A DNA stretch of 64,000 nt from a virus (Duplodnaviria > Caudoviricetes): positions 4,965 through 68,964 of the IMG/VR virus record IMGVR_UViG_3300012808_000024; one strand, written 5' to 3'. Position numbers and translations under genes: made by a program. Numbering within the stretch: position 1 is the stretch's first letter; every line of letters begins with the position of its first letter. Of the stretch, positions 36,673 through 45,282 are shown one piece after another. The notes under the pieces are model-generated. The model was not told the origin of the DNA and searched no databases. It was given only the letters and a program-made list of their open reading frames with translations.

Positions 36673-37174
36673 TCATGGCTGCGCGGGCCTCTTCCGGCGT
36701 CAAGCGTTCTGCCGTCGAAACCCAATCGTAATCCATTTCTGTGCCGAACACCTTCTGCACCCAGAACGGGTATGCGTCTTCATCACAGTCTTCTACGTCC
36801 ATAACAGAAACGATGTCGCCCACCTCGACACTACCGTCCAGCGGAGCAGACTCTTCCGTAATCCGCGCATAATCGCCGACCTTTAAGCGGGATTCCTCTG
36901 CGATAAGTCTTTCTAACTCCGCCACCTTCGCGCGGGCTTCGTCGAGCTGTTCCGCAAGGGACTTCGGAGGGTACACGCTCTCGGACGATACAACTTCGTA
37001 CTCATCCTCGTGGAGAAAAACTGAAGAGTCGTCTGTGCCGTCCGGCCAGATACACGGGAGACCACAATCAATCTCCTTAACTTTGTACTCCTGACCGTTC
37101 TTGTACCCGAAGCATTCCATAGAATCAGTTACTGCGTTAACTATACGCACTCGATCCCCGATTTTTACGCTCAT
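36632..37174 (-). CDS. Hypothetical protein with two SH3-like 'K(I/V)GD.(V/A)RI' modules
   Basis: VKIGDRVRI and LKVGDYARI around a coiled coil. Confidence 0.65.
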   Translation of the reverse strand: MSVKIGDRVRIVNAVTDSMECFGYKNGQEYKVKEIDCGLPCIWPDGTDDSSVFLHEDEYEVVSSESVYPPKSLAEQLDEARAKVAELERLIAEESRLKVGDYARITEESAPLDGSVEVGDIVSVMDVEDCDEDAYPFWVQKVFGTEMDYDWVSTAERLTPEEARAAMIAKIDAIFEGARP

Positions 37175-37917
37175 TTACTTACCTCCTCGAAAAATTTGGT
37201 CGTCCAAGCGTCAATCTTCGTTACTTCCTCGCGTAGCCTGTCAGCCAGTTCCGCTATTTCCCACTGTGCGCCGGAGCCTGGCCGTCTCTTTCCGTAAAAC
37301 TCCAACAAGGCTCGGAGATTTACGGTTAGTACGATATTGCAGGTAGCCGCGTTCGGCAAGACCATTCGGGCGTCTTCGGCGGGAACGCCAGCTTCGCGGA
37401 GAGCATCATACACTGCCTGCATTATCAGCATCGAAGCTTCGAACTTCCGAAACGTTTCGGAATCACGCTCAATGTTCGGAGGCGTTACGTAATCAAATCC
37501 GCCGGACTTGTCTTCGCTGCCGAATCGAACGTACCGCTGCGATTGAACCGAAAAGCTGAACCCGATTCGGTGACGTGTGAGCTGCGAGAGCAAAGCTCTG
37601 GATACGCCCTCGACTGCGAAAGTGTACGTGATCCCTTCGAGAGTTGACGTATGTTTGCTCCGTATGATGTGGCGGAACAATCGATCAGACTCCGTCCCTC
37701 CTTCGCCGTCTGATGCGGCAACCTCGAAATACTTTTCGAATTCTTTATCCGCAACTTCCGAAGGGTATAGATGGCTGTAACAAGTCCTAATGGCCGTAAG
37801 AGCGATAACTTGGCGAGAAGTGACGAAACCTTCTTCGATAAGCTGACGCAGTTTATCAGGCAGTTCTTTTACAAACGCCGGAGATAACTCACTCATTGAT
37901 AGCAGCTTCACGCGCAC
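37171..37917 (-). CDS. thyX: FAD-dependent thymidylate synthase
   Basis: HTSTLE, SRALLSQLTRHR..SFSVQSQRY, EDARMVLPNA, AQWEI. Confidence 0.95.
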   Translation of the reverse strand: MRVKLLSMSELSPAFVKELPDKLRQLIEEGFVTSRQVIALTAIRTCYSHLYPSEVADKEFEKYFEVAASDGEGGTESDRLFRHIIRSKHTSTLEGITYTFAVEGVSRALLSQLTRHRIGFSFSVQSQRYVRFGSEDKSGGFDYVTPPNIERDSETFRKFEASMLIMQAVYDALREAGVPAEDARMVLPNAATCNIVLTVNLRALLEFYGKRRPGSGAQWEIAELADRLREEVTKIDAWTTKFFEEVSK

Positions 37918-38431
37918 GTTTCCGATTCCTCCCTACTTGGGAAAAGTCCCGATTTTTGAGCTGCTCTTCCATGGTTGCCCAGGTACAATTTGCAGGCTCG
38001 TAATTACCGTTATTGTTTACCCTCTCGATAGAAAGGTCATCCCGGTAGCCGTTAGAGATAGCCCATTGATAGAAGGCCATAAAGTCTTCTATCCACTCGT
38101 CGCATATCTTGATGCCTCGGCCTCCGTACCTGTAGAAACGGCGATTAGACGGATTTAAGCATCGCTGACGCATGTCTACGTATATTTTGTAGATACGCGT
38201 ATAGCACATCCCATGGCGCACGTTCCATCCCTTAAGCTCGCTGGTCTTGCAGCCGCAGGATTTTGTACGCCCTTGTAGTAAGTTGTGCGCGAGAATGGTC
38301 TTTTCTGACCCGCAGTCGCATCTTACTTTGAAGTATCCTCGTTTTCTAACGCCGCTTTGCGTTCGCAATGAATCGACCACCGTTAAGTACCCGTACCTTT
38401 CGCCGATATACGATGCTAACGCTCGCGACAT
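37889..38431 (-). CDS. Free-standing HNH homing endonuclease
   Basis: YGGRGIKICDEW..SIERVNNNGNYEPANCTWAT; overlaps both neighbours. Confidence 0.85.
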   Translation of the reverse strand: MSRALASYIGERYGYLTVVDSLRTQSGVRKRGYFKVRCDCGSEKTILAHNLLQGRTKSCGCKTSELKGWNVRHGMCYTRIYKIYVDMRQRCLNPSNRRFYRYGGRGIKICDEWIEDFMAFYQWAISNGYRDDLSIERVNNNGNYEPANCTWATMEEQLKNRDFSQVGRNRKRAREAAINE

Positions 38432-38970
38432 TCTTCGTCACCTCTTCGTTCAGATTTCGCGCCACCCCCTACGCCGGTTGAGCCAAACCCGCCACCTCCG
38501 CGCGCCGTCTCGGAAAGCTCCGTAACCATTTCGAACGATACGCGCGGCACCGGTACAATTACGGCTTGGGCGACGCGATCGCCAGTGCGGATCAGGTACG
38601 AACCCGGCGCGCATTTGCTCATGGACTCGATCTCGTATCTGTTATCTAAGCGACGAGCTGCGTTGCTCCAAGTGTCTCGGGAATTATTCTCGAACATCAT
38701 CGCTACCTCGCCGCGATAGTCCGAGTCAATGACGCCTATTCCGTTAGGCTGGCGCAGCTTCGTCTTCAACGCGATACCTGACCGCATCATGACGTACATA
38801 ACGTAGCCGGGCGGAACCTCGACCGCGAATCCGAGCGGAACCTTCTTCGTCTCGCCCGGCGCGATAATGACGTCTTCAGCGGCGTAAAGGTCGAAGGCCG
38901 CGGCTCCGTCGGTTGCATACGTTGGGATGCGGGCGGCTGCCGAGAGGAGACGGATTTTTACGTCTATCAT
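38416..38970 (-). CDS. dut: dUTPase (trimeric)
   Basis: AAFDL, RSG, GVIDSDYRGEV, GDRVAQ, RGGGGFGSTG. Confidence 0.97.
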   Translation of the reverse strand: MIDVKIRLLSAAARIPTYATDGAAAFDLYAAEDVIIAPGETKKVPLGFAVEVPPGYVMYVMMRSGIALKTKLRQPNGIGVIDSDYRGEVAMMFENNSRDTWSNAARRLDNRYEIESMSKCAPGSYLIRTGDRVAQAVIVPVPRVSFEMVTELSETARGGGGFGSTGVGGGAKSERRGDEECRER

Positions 38971-39155
38971 TCGCCCACCTCCTCGATAGTAACTTCGATA
39001 TCACACGTCGACCCGTCGTCCATACTTCCGATAATCAGATGCCGAGTACCCGCCTTAATCTCTTCGATGCGCTCTGCGACCTCTTCCGGCGACATCAACG
39101 GTCCGTCCACCGCGGCCGTCTTCGCGTTAATTGTGACGGTCATTACGTATTTCAT
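38967..39155 (-). CDS. Hypothetical protein
   Basis: Coupled overlaps with RBS. Confidence 0.6.
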   Translation of the reverse strand: MKYVMTVTINAKTAAVDGPLMSPEEVAERIEEIKAGTRHLIIGSMDDGSTCDIEVTIEEVGE

Positions 39156-39394
39156 TCGGACACCTCCTCCAGTACAACGAAATCTACGTAATCAACATCG
39201 AGAAACCCGTCTGGCGGACTTTCTAATGTCGTGTCGACCGACCAATCATCGAATTCATCCGTTCTTGTTACGGTAGCTTCCGCATCAAATAATTCCGGGT
39301 ATTTGACATTCCACGGTTCCTTGACGTCCTTAACGCGGATTTTATCGCCAACTTTTGGCTTACGCACAACCTCGTGGTAAATTACGTTACTCAT
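39152..39394 (-). CDS. Hypothetical protein
   Basis: RKPKVGDKIRV; coupled overlaps. Confidence 0.6.
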   Translation of the reverse strand: MSNVIYHEVVRKPKVGDKIRVKDVKEPWNVKYPELFDAEATVTRTDEFDDWSVDTTLESPPDGFLDVDYVDFVVLEEVSE

Positions 39395-39752
39395 CCGCAC
39401 CCGCTCCTTTTCTCGCTTGAATTACGTAAATCTCGCCGCGCTGCTCGACGATCTCCCACCAGGCCGCGTCGATAACATGACCGGGGTTTACGGTAACTTC
39501 GTAGCGGAGCGGATTTATCTCTTCTACGTAACCGATAGGCGTAATGTATGCTATCGTCGCGATAAACACGCACACAGCCGTAACACCGGAGAAAACCGGG
39601 TTCCTTTCGACTATCGCAACGGCAAAGAACACCGCAGCTACGAACGCACACATTACTATAATGAAGATAGCCCTCTCAGCCAATTGCGTAGAGACTTCGC
39701 CGCCTGTCGTATTCAGCACGGTAAGTCCTTCTAAAGCTTCTTCGTATTCCAT
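39387..39752 (-). CDS. Two-TM membrane protein
   Basis: GGAGGTGA RBS; two hydrophobic segments. Confidence 0.7.
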   Translation of the reverse strand: MEYEEALEGLTVLNTTGGEVSTQLAERAIFIIVMCAFVAAVFFAVAIVERNPVFSGVTAVCVFIATIAYITPIGYVEEINPLRYEVTVNPGHVIDAAWWEIVEQRGEIYVIQARKGAGADE

Positions 39753-39775
39753 GTCGTAATCACCTCCTAATAGTT

Positions 39776-39805
39776 ATATGTGCCCGGTCTCGTCAAATTG
39801 GGACA
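39776..39805 (-). promoter_or_regulatory. Possible phage-sigma promoter variant TGTCCCAA-N15-CACATA
   Basis: Same spacing as the motifs at 51150 and 62020, upstream of an RBS. Confidence 0.4.
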
Positions 39806-39831
39806 GTAGGTGTCAATCCGAGCCTACTTAT

Positions 39832-40833
39832 TTATTCGTGGTGACCGCGCTCTTTCGCACATTCCCCGAAAATAAAATCCTCATCCCGCATCGGCTCGAC
39901 ATTCAGCGCCATAACATACCCGTCGCCCTTCCGCGAAAAGAAGTCGTGGTGCGACGTGCCTGTATCAAGCCCGTTTTCTACGATGCTGCTGAACGGTTCG
40001 GGCGCAAATGCCGGTTCCAGCCCGAGGTTCATCAACGCTTTATTCGCGTTGTATTCAACGTAACGTAGGACGTCCGCAACGCGCTCCTCGCCTAACTGCC
40101 CGTAAATCTCCGTCGTATAATCGACCTCGTTACGGTACAAGTCGTCAAGCAACGTTTCTGTCCGTTCGGCGGCCTCGGCTCGGTCAATCTCCGTCATTTG
40201 TCCGTATAGTTCCTGCGCCAGCATCCCGACAAATACACCATGGATGGACTCATCCAGCAGAATTTTACGGATGATTTCGCCGGAAGTGGTCATTCGGCCT
40301 TGCCCGGCAAGATACAACGGATAATAAAAGCCGGAATAGAACAGGAAGGATTCGAGCAGCACCGAAGCCACACACGCCATATAAATTTGTAGGCGCGACG
40401 GCTGCGGTTGAAGCAGCGCCCGATAATAACGACTTATCCTATCCGCCTTGTATACGAGGTGCGGCTGATTCGGAACCCACTCGGACAGCAGCCGATCTGT
40501 TTCCGCCGATGAAATAAGCGTCGTAAAGATGTGCGAGTATGATTTCGCGTGTACGCCCTCCATCATCGCCATAAACGTAAGCACCGCTTGCTTCCGGCCG
40601 TCTTCGACATGCGTCGCCAGCAGCGGCATACCCTCCGTCCCCTGCAACGTATCCAGCCCCGTCAGACCGGCAAGGACGCGCTTATAGACGTCCTGCTCGG
40701 CCGGAGACAACGCAGCCCATGCCGCGATGTCTTTCGATACCGGAAATTCCTCCTCCGTCCAAAATTGGGCTACGTTCTGCCGCCAAAATATATTTACGTA
40801 ATCCTCCGATAGATTCCAGTTCGTGGCTCGCAA
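39832..40833 (-). CDS. nrdF: Class Ib ribonucleotide reductase beta subunit
   Basis: LTGLDTLQ, MEGVHAKSYS, LESFLFYSGF, DESIHG. Confidence 0.95.
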   Translation of the reverse strand: MRATNWNLSEDYVNIFWRQNVAQFWTEEEFPVSKDIAAWAALSPAEQDVYKRVLAGLTGLDTLQGTEGMPLLATHVEDGRKQAVLTFMAMMEGVHAKSYSHIFTTLISSAETDRLLSEWVPNQPHLVYKADRISRYYRALLQPQPSRLQIYMACVASVLLESFLFYSGFYYPLYLAGQGRMTTSGEIIRKILLDESIHGVFVGMLAQELYGQMTEIDRAEAAERTETLLDDLYRNEVDYTTEIYGQLGEERVADVLRYVEYNANKALMNLGLEPAFAPEPFSSIVENGLDTGTSHHDFFSRKGDGYVMALNVEPMRDEDFIFGECAKERGHHE

Positions 40834-40865
40834 TTAATCGCCTTCCTCTCGTTAATAATTCGTAA

Positions 40866-42983
40866 TCAAACTTGGCACGCCGTACACTCAGCCGGATTCA
40901 GCCGCTGCGTCCTCGTATAGTACAAACTTTTAAGCCCGCGGCGATGCGCGTATACATAAAGCCTCGCCAGCTCCCGTGTGCCAATGTCGCTATTAACGTA
41001 AAGGATCGTCGATATGCCTTGGTCAACGTGCGGTTGAATTTCCGCAATCAAGTCGATAAGCGCGTATTGATCGATATTGTACGCGGACTTGTAGAACCAC
41101 TGCGTCTGCGGTGAGAGGAACGGCATCGGATAGTAAGTCTCCGCATTCCCATACGTGCGCCGCTCGATATGCTCAACGATTGGCATTACGGAGCTGGTTG
41201 CGTTCTGGATGTACGAGATGCTTTGCGTCGGGGCAATCGCCAGGCGATAAGCGTGATACAGGCCGTAATTCGCAACGTTCAACGCCAGTGCACGCCAGTC
41301 TCTCCACGTCGGCAACTTAACTCCACGTAGCAGATCGACCACCTTTTCGGTACGTGGCGCAAAGTCTTCGCGAAGATAGCGGACAAAATATTCGCCAAAG
41401 TCGCTGCCTGCTGCTACATTGCGGGCGTAATCAGATTGGTCAAACCCGGCAAACGTCTGACCGCGCTCCCTTGCGATTAACATCGAAGCTTCCAGCGAGT
41501 AGAAGTTCATGGCCGCGAAGAATACCCGGCAGAAGTCACGCGCCTCGGCCGATTCGTACTGAATTCCGTTCTTGGCGAAGAATCCATGTAGATTCATTAC
41601 GCCGAGGCCGACGGAATGCAACTCCTCGTTTGCCTTACGGACGCCAGGCGCATTGTCAATCGACGACATGTCGGACACGGCCGTCAGCGCGCGCATTCCC
41701 TCATGGACCGATTCCCGCAACTTGCCCGACTCCATTACGTTGACTAGATTTAAGCTGCCGAGATTGCACGAAATGTCACGCCGAATTATGTCAGGCTCGC
41801 CGTAGTCCGCGATGGTCGACGTTTCCTGCAATTGGCTGATCTCCGCGCATAGGTTCGACATTTTCACCGTCCCAAGCCGCCGCAGCGGGTGTGCTTTGTT
41901 CGCGTTGTCTCGATTCATAATGTACGGGTAACCCGACTGGAGCTGCGTAATAGCAATTCGCTCCAGCACGTCACGCGCCCGCATCGGCCGTTTGTACACG
42001 TCAAGGTCGGCGGCAAGTTTGTTGTAAAACTCGCGCGTCATCGGCTCGTCATCGAGTTCAACACCGTATTTCCGCCGGACGGAGTGCGGTCCGAACATGT
42101 AAATCGTTTCGTCGGCGGCGGCCATTTCGTAAAAGAGCGATGGGATGATTACGCCGACTGACAACGTGCTGAGTCGGATACTCTCGTCCGCGTTGATCTT
42201 TTTCGTATCCAAAAATTCCGGCAAATCGTAGTGGAATACGTTAAGATACGCCGCGCCTGCTCCGGGCCGCTGGCCGAGTTGGTCTGCGTAAGCAAACCCG
42301 TGTTCTAACGATTTCGCAACGGGAATGACGCCTTTTGCCGCGCCTGCAACGCCTTTAATCGCCTCACCCCGCGCCCGGAGCTTCGAGAGATTAACCGCAA
42401 CGCCGCCGCCAATCTTACTTAGCTGTTTAGCGGTGGCTTCTACGTAATTAATCGAGTTGAGCGAATCGTCCATTTCGAGCAGGAAGCAAGATACGAGTTC
42501 GCCACGCCGCGCACGGCCTGCATTCATAAACGTCGGCGTTGCGGGCTGGAATCGCTGCTCCATCATGGATCGAGCGAGACTTTCCGCCAACTCGTAATTG
42601 CCCTGTCCGAGATAAAGCGCCACAATTGCGACATGCTGCTCGTAATCCTCCAAATACTCCGCCTTGTCATCCGTCTTGAGCGCGTAATCCTTGTAAAACT
42701 TGGACGCGGCCATGTACGAGGCAAAGCGGAAATTGTACGAGTCGCATACGGAATGGATATTGACGATTTGCGATTCTGTATACTGAGCAAACGCGTCGTA
42801 ATAATATCCGTTAGCTACGAGCCACTCTACGCGAGTCAGCGGGTAAAGCAGCGGCTTCGTTTTCGATACGACCTCCGCCGTGAACACATCTAGTGCCGCC
42901 TGGTCGCGGTCGAGCCGATAAAATCCGTCCGGCCCCCGCTGCTTCAATTCGTTGTTCAGTTCGATGTGATTTCCGATAACCAC
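40866..42983 (-). CDS. nrdE: Class Ib ribonucleotide reductase alpha subunit
   Basis: PATPTF, LVSCF, SNLCAE, APTQSISY, KSLYY. Confidence 0.97.
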   Translation of the reverse strand: MVIGNHIELNNELKQRGPDGFYRLDRDQAALDVFTAEVVSKTKPLLYPLTRVEWLVANGYYYDAFAQYTESQIVNIHSVCDSYNFRFASYMAASKFYKDYALKTDDKAEYLEDYEQHVAIVALYLGQGNYELAESLARSMMEQRFQPATPTFMNAGRARRGELVSCFLLEMDDSLNSINYVEATAKQLSKIGGGVAVNLSKLRARGEAIKGVAGAAKGVIPVAKSLEHGFAYADQLGQRPGAGAAYLNVFHYDLPEFLDTKKINADESIRLSTLSVGVIIPSLFYEMAAADETIYMFGPHSVRRKYGVELDDEPMTREFYNKLAADLDVYKRPMRARDVLERIAITQLQSGYPYIMNRDNANKAHPLRRLGTVKMSNLCAEISQLQETSTIADYGEPDIIRRDISCNLGSLNLVNVMESGKLRESVHEGMRALTAVSDMSSIDNAPGVRKANEELHSVGLGVMNLHGFFAKNGIQYESAEARDFCRVFFAAMNFYSLEASMLIARERGQTFAGFDQSDYARNVAAGSDFGEYFVRYLREDFAPRTEKVVDLLRGVKLPTWRDWRALALNVANYGLYHAYRLAIAPTQSISYIQNATSSVMPIVEHIERRTYGNAETYYPMPFLSPQTQWFYKSAYNIDQYALIDLIAEIQPHVDQGISTILYVNSDIGTRELARLYVYAHRRGLKSLYYTRTQRLNPAECTACQV

Positions 42984-43336
42984 ACAACCCCCTCGTTAAA
43001 ATTTCGTACATCCTCGTCATTCCCCGCCAGCTCAAATCTGAGCAGTAGCGGAACATCGTACATCTCCGTAATCAAGTCGGCCGCCTTCGCAAAGTTCGGA
43101 CCCCAGTTCCGGTTCCCGCTCGCCGCCACGCCGCGAAGCAGATCGCCGTTGAGTGCGAGGAAATCCGACACCGTGCCGGGAATCTGCCCAAATCCTACAG
43201 TCGGCGTAATCAACACAAAAGGCTCCGCCATCATCTCGCGGCCGGTCGAAATCTCGAAGAGCTGATCCGGCGGTCGACCTAGCTTACGGACGAACCGCCG
43301 AACATTGCCGGTTAGCGAATAGTAGGCGATGAACAT
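42956..43336 (-). CDS. nrdI: Flavodoxin NrdI
   Basis: SLTGNVRRFV, GVAASGNRNWG..FAKAAD, FELAG. Confidence 0.95.
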   Translation of the reverse strand: MFIAYYSLTGNVRRFVRKLGRPPDQLFEISTGREMMAEPFVLITPTVGFGQIPGTVSDFLALNGDLLRGVAASGNRNWGPNFAKAADLITEMYDVPLLLRFELAGNDEDVRNFNEGVVWLSEITSN

Positions 43337-43863
43337 TACGCATCAATCACTCCCTTCTCGATGAGGTACGTCAGAGCGATAGCGGCTGCGTCTGATTCGT
43401 CATCGTTAACAAACCGATAATCGCTCGGCAGCTCCATTATCCGCCGGACGCCCGCGGCAACCTCGTCTTTGTCCGCCTTGCCGTGACCGCCTACGATGCG
43501 CTTTACGGTAGTGGCGTTGACCTCTGCCGTAATCACCCGGCCGCACCGTTGCAGCCCCGAATCAACCGCAGCCCACGCGCCGAAAATCGTCTGACCTTGC
43601 CGCTTACTGGCCGGGCGTTTGTAATCTTCGCGGATAATGGCGACCGCGGTCGGATATGCGGCGATCTGCTGCACCGTCCACGCCTCAACGAGTGAGTACC
43701 GGAGGCCGTCCGGCTGCTCAGCGCTCGTCGTGATGGACGACGTTTTGAGCAGCGTCGGCTTGCGGCTGGTGACGGAAATTGCCGCAAACCCCGGCGATGT
43801 CAGCGAGATGTCAAAGGCGGCGTATATCGTAGATTCTTCGTTACTCCTTCGTCTCTGTGCCGT
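43336..43863 (-). CDS. RuvC-like Holliday junction resolvase; probable ACG start
   Basis: AFDISLTSPG (upstream of the track's GTG), G.GKADKDEV, DESDAAAIA; GGAGG 9 nt before ACG 43863. Confidence 0.85.
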   Translation of the reverse strand, partial: TAQRRRSNEESTIYAAFDISLTSPGFAAISVTSRKPTLLKTSSITTSAEQPDGLRYSLVEAWTVQQIAAYPTAVAIIREDYKRPASKRQGQTIFGAWAAVDSGLQRCGRVITAEVNATTVKRIVGGHGKADKDEVAAGVRRIMELPSDYRFVNDDESDAAAIALTYLIEKGVIDA

Positions 43864-44905
43864 AAGATTCCGCCTCCCCTCTCAATCGTTTAATATCCGC
43901 CAGCGCCGCCACATATTGCCGCTTGACGAAATCTTTCAGGCTCGACCGCTGAACCGCGTCAACTTGTCGTTCAATCTGCGCTAGTTCATCCGCCGAAAGC
44001 CCGACTGCACACGCCGCCTTGAAATTGTTGAATGTCCACCGCGTAATATCCAGCGGAGGAGATGCGCCCTCTGCGGCAGCCTTGGCGATGCCTGCGAACC
44101 TGTCGAGAATGACCGTCCGATCCCCGTCAGTAATCCGAACACAATGGACGGCAATGTCCGGGCTTTTCGCGTAATCCTCGGCGGACATCTCCCAGGCTTT
44201 CTTCGAGGCGTTGACGTAAAGGATAATATAGTAATCGAGAGGACCGTACATAATCGAATAACAGACCGTCTGCTTTACGTGATCATCCTTCGGCCCGTTT
44301 CGCTGACTAAATTCGGACGTTGCCGAATATGACGTCTGTTTCGACTTAATTTCGAGACCGACGCGGACAATCTCGCCGGACTCCGATACATAGCGCATAA
44401 TACCGTCGCAGAGGCCGAAAAGGGCGAACGTCTGCCCATTATGCGTAATTGTCTGATTAATCTTGGCGAAGTTCTCGAACATTGGCTCGCCTCGCTCGTT
44501 GCGCTCGAAGCTGAATCGGTTGCCCGGCAGATGCTTTTCCGCGAATAGCAGCTCCCGCTGGATAGCGTCACCTATCGCCGTCCCTATTGACTGCCAGCGG
44601 CCTTTGTGCGGCGGCGTCTCCTGAGTATCCTTCTTGGACTTACGGAGCTTTTCGTACAACTCCCGCGGGCAGCTATTCGCGGAGCTGGGCGTAAAGTATG
44701 GCATATTACGAGGCGGCCACATGATGCGGCTGCGATCCGTAAGAATATCGGCGTACCAGCGGTGTATTTGCGCGTCCAGTGCGTCGTCATACGTCTCTGG
44801 ACGGCCAAACCAATCGTCAAGGTGTGCCCGGAAGTTGGCGGCAATTTCGGCGGTTAAGTCGAAGCCAGTTATACTTGCGGCTGATATACGTTTGAGTATT
44901 GTGAT
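43841..44905 (-). CDS. PD-(D/E)XK (Cas4/RecB-like) exonuclease; probable ATC start
   Basis: GLCDGI, GLEIKS, HVKQ..CY; open frame 61 codons upstream of first ATG. Confidence 0.8.
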   Translation of the reverse strand: MTILKRISAASITGFDLTAEIAANFRAHLDDWFGRPETYDDALDAQIHRWYADILTDRSRIMWPPRNMPYFTPSSANSCPRELYEKLRKSKKDTQETPPHKGRWQSIGTAIGDAIQRELLFAEKHLPGNRFSFERNERGEPMFENFAKINQTITHNGQTFALFGLCDGIMRYVSESGEIVRVGLEIKSKQTSYSATSEFSQRNGPKDDHVKQTVCYSIMYGPLDYYIILYVNASKKAWEMSAEDYAKSPDIAVHCVRITDGDRTVILDRFAGIAKAAAEGASPPLDITRWTFNNFKAACAVGLSADELAQIERQVDAVQRSSLKDFVKRQYVAALADIKRLRGEAESYGTETKE

Positions 44906-45121
44906 TTACAACGCCTCCTTTGTGACAAATTCGCGAAGCTGATCGTAAAGAGCCTGAGAGGTGCTTCCGTCTAACACCTCAACCCCTATACTTCTAGCGC
45001 GATCCTCTAGTAGAGTGTAAGCAGATAAGCCGTATGCCACAGCTATCGTGTTCAACTCCTTTCCCGTCAAGGTCACGCTAAAGGTCCGCGCAACAACCGG
45101 TGTCGTTTCCGTAATCTTCAA
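44906..45121 (-). CDS. Hypothetical protein (71 aa)
   Basis: GGAGG 8 nt before TTG 45121. Confidence 0.6.
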   Translation of the reverse strand: MKITETTPVVARTFSVTLTGKELNTIAVAYGLSAYTLLEDRARSIGVEVLDGSTSQALYDQLREFVTKEAL

Positions 45122-45282
45122 TTGTACCGCCTCCATCTTCGTTTTTCTTCGTCGATAATCCGTTGAATCTCGCGGCCGGGCACGTCGTTGTGCCGTGGCT
45201 GATACAATAGCGAGAAACTGAGCGCGTCGTAGCCGCCTGATTTTACGTATTCCGCGATGTCGGTACGTAGTTTTTCCGTCAC
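45118..45282 (-). CDS. Hypothetical protein (54 aa)
   Basis: GAGGAGG RBS; GTGA overlap with pol stop. Confidence 0.55.
   Translation of the reverse strand: MTEKLRTDIAEYVKSGGYDALSFSLLYQPRHNDVPGREIQRIIDEEKRRWRRYN

Noticed and set aside
43841-44905. Cas4-like nuclease as part of a CRISPR-Cas system
   Set aside because: Sits in the pol/RuvC operon 17 kb from the repeat; ordinary phage PD-(D/E)XK exonuclease; no other cas genes
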